Made by a program: the position numbers and the translations under genes
Source: Ancylonema sp.
Taxonomy: Eukaryota
Direction of reading: 5' to 3'
DNA length: 58,630 nucleotides
Assembly (NCBI GenBank): GCA_050230475.1
Contig: JBFLGF010000170.1
Span: 1 to 58,630 of the forward strand
Notes under the pieces: generated by a model
Databases searched by the model: none
What the model was told of the DNA's origin: nothing
What the model saw: the letters and a program-made list of their open reading frames with translations, nothing else
In this document: positions 51,077 through 58,630 of the stretch, in pieces
Numbering within the stretch: the stretch's first letter is position 1
Layout of the letters: each line of letters opens with the position of its first letter

Positions 51077-51700
51077 ACGGGTATAAAAGGGTTGCATAGT
51101 TTCCTAAAGTCGATTCTTTTACATGTCAACGTGATTAAGTACACTGGGAAAAAAGCTGGAGTAGACGCGCATGGCTGGCTGCATAGAGCTGCCAACAGCC
51201 GATCTTGCACATCCAAGGAATCGGTGGTAGAGTCATGTATGAAGAGGCTTCACATGTTGAGGACCAATGGAGTCATCCCGGTGATGGTCCTTGACGGCGG
51301 TAATCACCCAATGAAGGCTAAGCTGAGGGAGCAACGCAAAAGGTAAACAATGTGCCACCGTATGTGGAGTGGTTTTGAAACTAAGTGCATTGGCTGGTGT
51401 GGTAGGATCCGTGAGGCGTTACCAAATCCGCCAGTGGAGGTGACCCCGTATTCGGTACACATGTTCATAGAGGTTCGATCATCCCGCCACAAATTTCTCG
51501 CGCCCTTGTCATTTCCCTTCTCCCAAACTTCTCACTCCATATTTAACATTCTCCTACAGAGGTTGAGGGAATTGGATTTACCCAAAACACCAAAAACAAT
51601 TGATCGGTGGGCGAAAGCAATGGAAAGAGCTCGTTTGGAGGAGAAAATAATACACAAACAAATTACGGTGGTTGGTAATTATATTGTGGAGAGTGGCTAG
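51077..51700 (+). pseudogene. Truncated EXO1-like XPG/Rad2 N-terminal nuclease fragment
   Basis: (ACG)GIKGLHSFLKSI...VDAHGWLHRA...CMKRLHMLRTNGVIPVMVLDGGNHPMK matches the EXO1 N-domain (MGIxGL, VDxxxWLH, VFDG). The expected ATG reads ACG. A spliced piece PVEVTPYSVHMFIE-RLRELDL follows, but the sequence diverges and stops before the XPG-I APYEADAQ motif. Confidence 0.8.
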
Positions 51701-53599
51701 ATGTTTCATTCTGCATCATCACCACCTTTCATGTTTGAACCCCGAGTGACTTTCATTCTCAAGGTCCGAGCATGGTTGTGTCATACATCATCATGTGCAC
51801 TGATGCACAATCATCGTGCGTCATCGTCATCCTATGATCATCATCATCTGCCTCGTCATCAACCCATCACCATATCTGCACTTCAGCAATTATAAAACTG
51901 TTATCATTGATGATACTTAAAGGGCCAAACATCTCGTTCAAGAAAAAGGAAAACTCTAAATCTGGATGCCATTGATGTCACGATGCCATTTGTTTCAAAC
52001 GTTTTTGCTTTCAAATCATTGAAAAGCATCACAGTCAATTTATTAAAAAGCCCTTCTAAAGATGTATGCGGGCCCGGATCTAACCATTGCGCTATCACCA
52101 CCATCCGCGGTCTGTGGTTCCCGAACTGTGTCACCCTGCGGCACCTGTGTTTTGTGTGAACTTCTACAAAGTTCAACGCTTGTGAAGAACAAAGACATAC
52201 ACTCGAATCTCGACCGTTTGATTGCCGCAAGAAATGCCCTCAAGGATGTACTCTCCTCCGTTCCCAAAGTTGTGGACAGCACACTCCTGGAACTATCTTC
52301 TACAAAGAGCACCGTGGAGTTGTTGTCATCAGTTGCGATGTCTGCCGCCCACATAATCAACTTACTTTTGGTTCAAGACGTTGTTTCTCATGCCCATTAA
52401 ATTCTGAATTTGGCTACTGAAACTAAACCCCTACTCACGCGACATCGACTTACCAAGACCTTCCAATTCCGGACGCCCACAGTCCCTGGCCGGCGTCCAA
52501 AATGGATGGAATCAATACGTGCAGTGCCATGGGATAACAAGCAAGTCAGGGAGGAAAACACATCCACTTATGCCGACATGAAGGAGAAACATGACATCAA
52601 TGAACTGGACCAATTCGCCCACACGGGTCCCGACGAGACACCCCCCCCCCCCCCCCCCCAAGCGAGAAGCTGTTTCCGCCCTTTTCGTCGCTCCACGCAG
52701 GATTCCGGCGTTTCACCAACCGAGCATGTTTCAACAACCGCGTGTCAAACATGGGGGGGTGGGGGTGAGGAAGTCTGCGGGAAGCATACCGGAGGATGAG
52801 CTGTTGCTTAAGGGTGATGGATATTTGGAGGGCGGTGGAGGAATGGGCCCGTTAGACAATGATGGAATGAGCCACGACAAGTACATGGAAACACTTGGTT
52901 TGCACCGCCTCCTACTTTCAATCATCTCAACATCAACAGACTCGATGAACCCCTCCCTGGTAGCTGTTGTGGAAGCAAAACAGAAAGAAGCATGCGTGTT
53001 GTGGAAGAAGATGAAGTTAGGATTTGGAGGGAGGTTTTACTCACAACAAGTTGTTCGTTTTGGAAAGGCTGGGGCTTGAATATGATCGAATAACGAAATA
53101 TGACATTCGAGTGCCATGTGTGTTGGTTTCTAGGGATGTGAACAATTAGACCCTCAAGAGGGGGGAGTTACGTGATTACTTGATTGCCAGTAGTAATGGA
53201 GAAGTGTGCTTCATTATAGCATCATTGTGGCAGAATAATGGATCGTTATTTGTGGAGCATTGTTGGGTTGGATACGGCGCTATTTGTGATTATTGCATCA
53301 ATGTCATCAACGTAATAGTGTTTCAGTTAGTGGTTTGTGATTAAATTTGGTTAGGTTGAGGGAGTGATGATTGTCACGTGTCACAAATCAAAGAGAATGA
53401 AAGACGGGTGTATTAGCGAGGGACAAATACCCCTATTGAGGGAGGTTTTGCTCACAACATATTGTTCGGTTTGGAAAAGTTACTGCATAACATGCATATG
53501 TCAGAGTCCCACTACCAAAAAATACACATGTTGGTGGAGTTCACTAAACTTGGAATCAATTCAACAAAATGCCGACCAACTTTAAGAACGTCAATATAA

Positions 53600-56400
53600 T
53601 CATAGCTTCTTTCGGAGGTCAAGTAGGACAAATGACATGGATGGGTTCATGTCATGATGCTGGCGCAACTCATATATTTCTTCGGCTGGGATCTCCACGA
53701 TCTGAATCTCGTCATGGGGATCCGCCTCGGCTGCAATCTCCTCCCTCTCCACAGAAGCATTCCCCGTGAGTGTAATCGCCTCTTCTACAACCCTCTAGTG
53801 GAGGTGGTGATCATCTTGGTCGAGACAAGCACGGATGACCGACATGCCAATGGGGTCAATGAGACGGAAGACCCCGATTTGTCTCCATGAAACACGTCGA
53901 AAGTTAGAGGTGTATTACGGGACGACCCACACCCAAGGGCATAGGGGTGAGGGGGGATCATACCTGACTACGATGACTATCGCCACCGCGTCCGGGAAAG
54001 TAGATTGTAGAAACAACGGTTATGGGTGTCCACCGACGGCAAAAAACAGCCATATTTGGGGTGGGTCTGCACGTGTGATATCAACAAAGGCGGAGATGAC
54101 TCGACTACAACTTCCCGACAACAATCGTACTTTGAGGTCCGAAACCTTACATGAATCCAACCAACTTGCGTCAAACCGTGTTGCAGGAGGACCCCCGTTA
54201 ATGCCTTAGCGGCGTCTTCTTCCAAATCAAACTGCAGTTTAAAAGAAACCACCCACACATGGTACCCTCAACCACTGCCTCCCTTCAATCACGAATATTT
54301 ACATCATGAAGCGGACATATGACTCACCGAGTCCGATGTACCCCTCTGTGTAGGAATGACTACGGTGTCCACGTGCCACACTCCTTCCACCTGCATTCAC
54401 ACCCTCCCAAGCGTGTGCACATACATACATCAACAACAATGCTATCATCCGCTGCCCTTCGATCCAATAATTTACTCACGAGTTTCCCACCCAAGTAACC
54501 TCCGGTCTCAATGTTTGCCCGGGTCGCCCTAGAGGCCGCTATTATGAAAACGTCCACCATTTTCGACAACTGCAGATAACCCAACATCTATTTAGTTAGG
54601 ATGGCATCTCCGCCTAAACATCCAGTACACAAAGTACTCTATTCACGATAGACATCGTCTTCAATTTTGGCGACTGCGAAACCACCGCGTGACATTTGGC
54701 GAGGGGGGGTGTGAGGGACTGAGGTTCGTGTCGCTTCCCACTACCCGCAGTTAGAGACAATACGGGATCATTGGGGGTCCCAAACTCGAATTCCGGGGAC
54801 AGGGGGGTGGCCAACATCTTCTGCACCTCGATGTCATTCAAGACCGTCCACCCACGACACTAGGAAGTTCCATCGGTGCCCGAAGAAGACGTGGATAGAG
54901 GAAACACCCACAAACTTCTTTGTGCCGCCAGCACATGGCCGCCTTAATGCCGGGGGTCAAGTTTCCCCGGATGACCCGACAAGTCACGTAGACGGTCAAG
55001 GAATGGAACACGCACATAGGGCACACGGGGATGGACTCCAACGACATAAGTAGGAGATCCGTCGGTACTAGCGTCCGCCTCCCGTCCCCCGAAAGGACGT
55101 TCAACTTGCACCGAATCTCGTCCACCAACCGAATGCAGGCCGCCTTCGTGAACTCCCTTCCCTGTTTTCTTTCGCGCACAGCAACTTCGGTTGCCTCTTT
55201 GTACAAATTGAACTCCGTAGGGATAATGGGAGTGTGCCGGATGTGTGAATACCGCCTCAACGCCGAAAACCCATTTTCCAGCCAAGACGGCAGGGTGAAT
55301 ATTCACAGCCTCTCCTAGGCCGAAACCGAAACTGAACCCCGTGTGGTACGCTCGAGGGACAGTAATGATGAACTCCCCGGGGTAGTGCACAGCTCGGCAC
55401 ACAGGCACACCCCCCTCCAACAAGACTAGGGGGGAGAAAATTGCATCCTTGCTCATCACGAAACGAACCGCCTCCTCCCAACTAACCCCTCCGCACACCA
55501 CCGTCCGCACCACCTCCTCCATCAGCTTGGCCGCAGACCCTGGTACTCCGTACCAAAGTTTCGGTGCGCCTAGGTGTTGGTAGTTGACGCTGAACAAATA
55601 ATGGTCCTCCACGTGCCACATGAAGGTACTCCAGAGACTCGCAAGGTAGAGCATCGGGGTCGACACCCCTTGTACATGTTTACCCCATTGCGTACGGAGG
55701 TGCTGGGCGAGGGAGCCGTCAAGCGAAGGTAGGGTCTGCGACATACAAATATATGTGTTTTGAATTCAGATATCTGGACCCGTTGTTGCACTTTATTTTT
55801 ATTTTTTTCAATGACAATATTGGAACAGTGGTACACAAACACATATAGATATAACATTGAATAACAATAATAATAATAATAATAATTAACTAACAATAAT
55901 ACACGTGTGCATTGGGCATCCGAAGTCGTCATGCGCGACATCCCTTTGACACATACCTCTAGGTTCCACCCACTGAACCCGAGACTGTCTGACGGGATAT
56001 TCCGGGAGAATGCGGAGCCCGGCATGTCGGTCCCATACTGGACCTTCTTAATACCTTCTTCGCACTTCTCCCAATACATCCTCTCCATGGTGGGGGCAGC
56101 GAATGGCGCGTGAGAACTCAATTCGGCACGTGAGAACTCTATGAATTCGGCCTCGAATTCCGGAATGGTGGCCGTCCTACAAAACCCACAACAAGAGGGG
56201 ATGGTACTTCATCACAATTCTGCCAGGATACGAAAAGAATCCATCATGACAAGGGGAAGAGACCTTACATATGGTCTATATCGGCCGTGCGACCAGTCCG
56301 CCAAGTGCCCGAAGTCGCCGAGGAGATGGTTTGCTTCGAATTTTCGAAAGGGTCTCTAATACCCCGGACGAGTCCCCATGAGCGCCTTCAAAGGGCTGCA
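53600..56400 (-). pseudogene. Chimeric JmjC histone demethylase + Cys-rich zinc finger + AMSH-type MPN+/JAMM deubiquitinase (disrupted)
   Basis: JmjC of plant JMJ13/JMJ706 type: QYGTDMPGSAF..GWNL-..PMLYL..WHVEDHYLFSVNYQHLGAPKLWYGVPG...PGEFIITVPRAYHTGFS..EAVN; then CPMC...CWRHKEVCGC. MPN exons 54569-54480 (NIETGGYLGGKL), 54390-54328 (VVIPTQRGTSDS), 54231-54151 (VGWIH), 54066-53964 (THP..CFLPSVD..PDAVAIV) and ~53882-53600 (GVFRLIDPIGMSVIRAC...FVLLDLRKKL*). Frameshifts at ~55280, ~54860 and ~53995; premature TAG at 53795-53797. The 5' boundary is approximate. Confidence 0.85.
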
Positions 56401-56693
56401 TCCTACAATCCCGACGATCAGTATGACTACGCTACTAACAAACAGCCTGACGATGAGTTCAGTGGCGCAAGGTCCTGTCCAGTGTGGGCCACGGGAGGCC
56501 CTCAAGGTGTTGCAGACTCAGGCGCACTTCCCGCCTGCACCCGGGTACAGGACTTCCGGGCAGTCGCTCTTGTGTGGAAGACACGATGGCCATAGTTGGG
56601 CGCGCATCGTGCACAAAATATGAGCCCGCGGGCGGCGCGCATGCGCTAGTGCAACGCTTGCGGCACGCGTGCCGCATCCGGATAATTTCAGTA

Positions 56694-57262
56694 CTGTAAA
56701 ACCTGTCTAAAGGAATACTGTCTAAAGGAATAACCTCTATAATGGAATACAAAATCCCGGTCCCGATGTTGGGCGAGACCTGCATAATATTTTTTCCCGG
56801 ATGCGTGTAAAGGAATAATGTACGGAATCCGTACAAATTCGTACAGATTCGTACAGATTTATGCAAGTTTTTGCATGACCGTACAGTTCTATGCGTCTCC
56901 GAGATTGTGGGAAGTTGCAATTGCAGTTGTTACACGACAAAATTGCGACCCTCAATAGTTTAGGGGGGTAGTACGAGTGCCCGCCACGTCGAATTCAACG
57001 TCAGAAAATTACGTTCGAGGGTCTCTAGCATCTCCCAAATTGATGGAACTTGCTACACGACAAAATATTGTCGTGCAACCCAAATGGAAGCTGCAAAATA
57101 CGTCTTAACGGATTCTGACCTCGATACTGGCATGTTTCACGTCGTAGGCACATAGGAACGGGTTTTTAAAACATTCATAGGCGAAACTGTCTAAGTGAAT
57201 CACCTGTCTAAAGGAATACAAAATCCCGGTCCCGAGAGTATTCCTTCAGACAGGTTTTACTG
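56694..57262. mobile_element. TA-flanked pogo/Tigger-like MITE, family 2, copy A
   Basis: TA|CTGTAAAACCTGTCTAAAGGAATAC ... GTATTCCTTCAGACAGGTTTTACTG|TA, with internal CTGTCTAAAGGAATA sub-repeats. Confidence 0.88.
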
Positions 57263-57264
57263 TA

Positions 57265-57885
57265 CAGTATAACCTGTCTAAAGGAATACTGTCTAAAGGA
57301 ATAACCTCTCTAAACGAATACAAAATTCCGGTCCCAAACCCGGATTTGTTAGGCCGTTACTTCGCCCCTGAGCTCAATTGTGCCGTGCGCCATGTGCCTA
57401 GCGCCGGAAAACTTGGGAATTCCGAGCTCAGACGCTGTAGCTTAGTGTCGGCGGAAATGATTTCTGAGCTCGTTCGAGCTCAGAAATCATGTCCGCCCCT
57501 GAGCTCGAGCGTCGAGCTCAGGAGTGCTGACGTGGTCCTGAGCTCGAACCCGCCAATCGCGCGATGCCAATTTTCCGATACGCCAATCATCGATTTTCAC
57601 TTGAACGGGGTTAAGGGCAACCATGCTGACATGGCAAACGTTCAGGAACACTAAGCTAACACGATAATTTCGCCGGCCGCCGCGAGCTCAGGAGGTCGAG
57701 CTCAGGAGAAATTTGCTAGCGAACCGTACCCGCGGTTATCGCCGGCGAAATTGAGCTCAGGAGCGGAGCTCAGGAACGGAACACTAAGTAACACCCTTAG
57801 GAACCGTCTCTGTCTGAATGAATTACCTGTCTAAAGGAATAGTGTTTCCCGGTCCCGACAGTAGTCTTTTAGACAGGTTTTACTG
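57265..57885. mobile_element. Family 2 MITE, copy B (tandem with A; interrupted by a nested MITE)
   Basis: TA|CAGTATAACCTGTCTAAAGGAATAC ... TTTAGACAGGTTTTACTG|TA; shares the TA at 57263-57264 with copy A. Confidence 0.88.
57352..57796. mobile_element. Tourist-like (PIF/Harbinger) MITE nested in copy B
   Basis: TTA|GGCCGTTACTT ... AAGTAACACCC|TTA (TIR 9/11 match, 3-bp TTA TSD); many internal GAGCTC sub-repeats. Confidence 0.75.
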
Positions 57886-58015
57886 TAATCGGATTTCGGA
57901 CGTCGAAATTTGACTAAGTAGTTCGATATAACGTCGTAGCCCCTGAATTGTATACTGCAGCGTTGTGACCGGTTCACGAATTACATTTCATGATTTGGGA
58001 AACATTCCCTGCAAC

Positions 58016-58630
58016 TAGAGTGGGGGTAACCCTGAAATTGTTTTCAGGGTCAAGTCGTAACCCTGAAATAACCCCTTTTAACCCTGGTTAACCCTGAAAA
58101 ACCCAGATTAACTCTTATTAACCCTAATTAACCGTAATTAACCCTGAATATCGTGCATAATCCAGATAACCCTGCTTAACCCTTATGAACCCTAGGGTTA
58201 TTAACCCTGAAATACCTTTCAAAATTAATATGACGGAACCGAAACAAAAAAAAATCGGACAGGTTATCAATTAAAACAAGTTATTTATTTGGACAAGTTA
58301 TTGATTCACCTCAAATGGGACTAACGATCGGGTATAAGATTTTGTATAGAGTTAGACAGGTTATGAATTGGCGCAATATAATTATAGCCAGGTTCATATG
58401 TACCCGAAAGTACCCGTCCCGTCGGCAGCGGCGGCGGCGGCGGCAAAATTAGCCCTTCAATAACCCTGATTAACCCTTTTTAACCCTGATTAACCCTGAT
58501 AACCATAGGGTTATCTGGTTAAATCAGGGTCAACTAGTAACCTCGAGGTTTTAACCCTGTTTTGGGGAGGAGGGTTAAATCAGGCTATTAACCTCGAGAT
58601 TAAGGGTTAAGGGTTATCAGGGTTAAGGGT
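58016..58630. repeat. Degenerate telomere-like TAACCCT/AGGGTTA repeat region, truncated by the window end
   Basis: Many TAACCC(T) motifs in both orientations, ending ...TTAAGGGTTAAGGGTTATCAGGGTTAAGGGT. Confidence 0.75.

Overview
Eukaryotic, intron-rich nuclear DNA from a plastid-bearing green lineage, most plausibly a streptophyte alga (inferred from plant-type ClpD, HemF, RDM4 and KCP2 plus compact genes with microsatellite-laden introns). Seven spliced host genes were reconstructed by hand with GT-AG introns: KCP2/KRTCAP2 (-), a Deltex-type WWE-WWE-RING-H2-DTC E3 ligase (+), chloroplast ClpD (-), coproporphyrinogen III oxidase (-), an F-box/LRR protein (-), RDM4/IWR1 (+) and an At5g43822/C1orf109-like gene (-). 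There is also an intronless GT-A-fold glycosyltransferase-like ORF. Mobile DNA includes a complete Ty1/copia element (256-bp LTRs, CCACT TSD, tRNA-iMet PBS, PPT) with a shattered gag-pol, several TA-flanked pogo/Tc1-like MITEs, a TTA-flanked Tourist-like MITE nested in one of them, and a Harbinger-type transposase relic. The last ~8 kb hold decayed chimeric genes: an EXO1 N-terminal fragment and a spliced JmjC + Cys-rich zinc finger + AMSH-type JAMM deubiquitinase fusion. The window ends in telomere-like TAACCCT repeats. The most notable items are the JmjC-JAMM fusion and the Deltex ligase in a plant-lineage genome. All family assignments come from motif recognition; no database searches were run.
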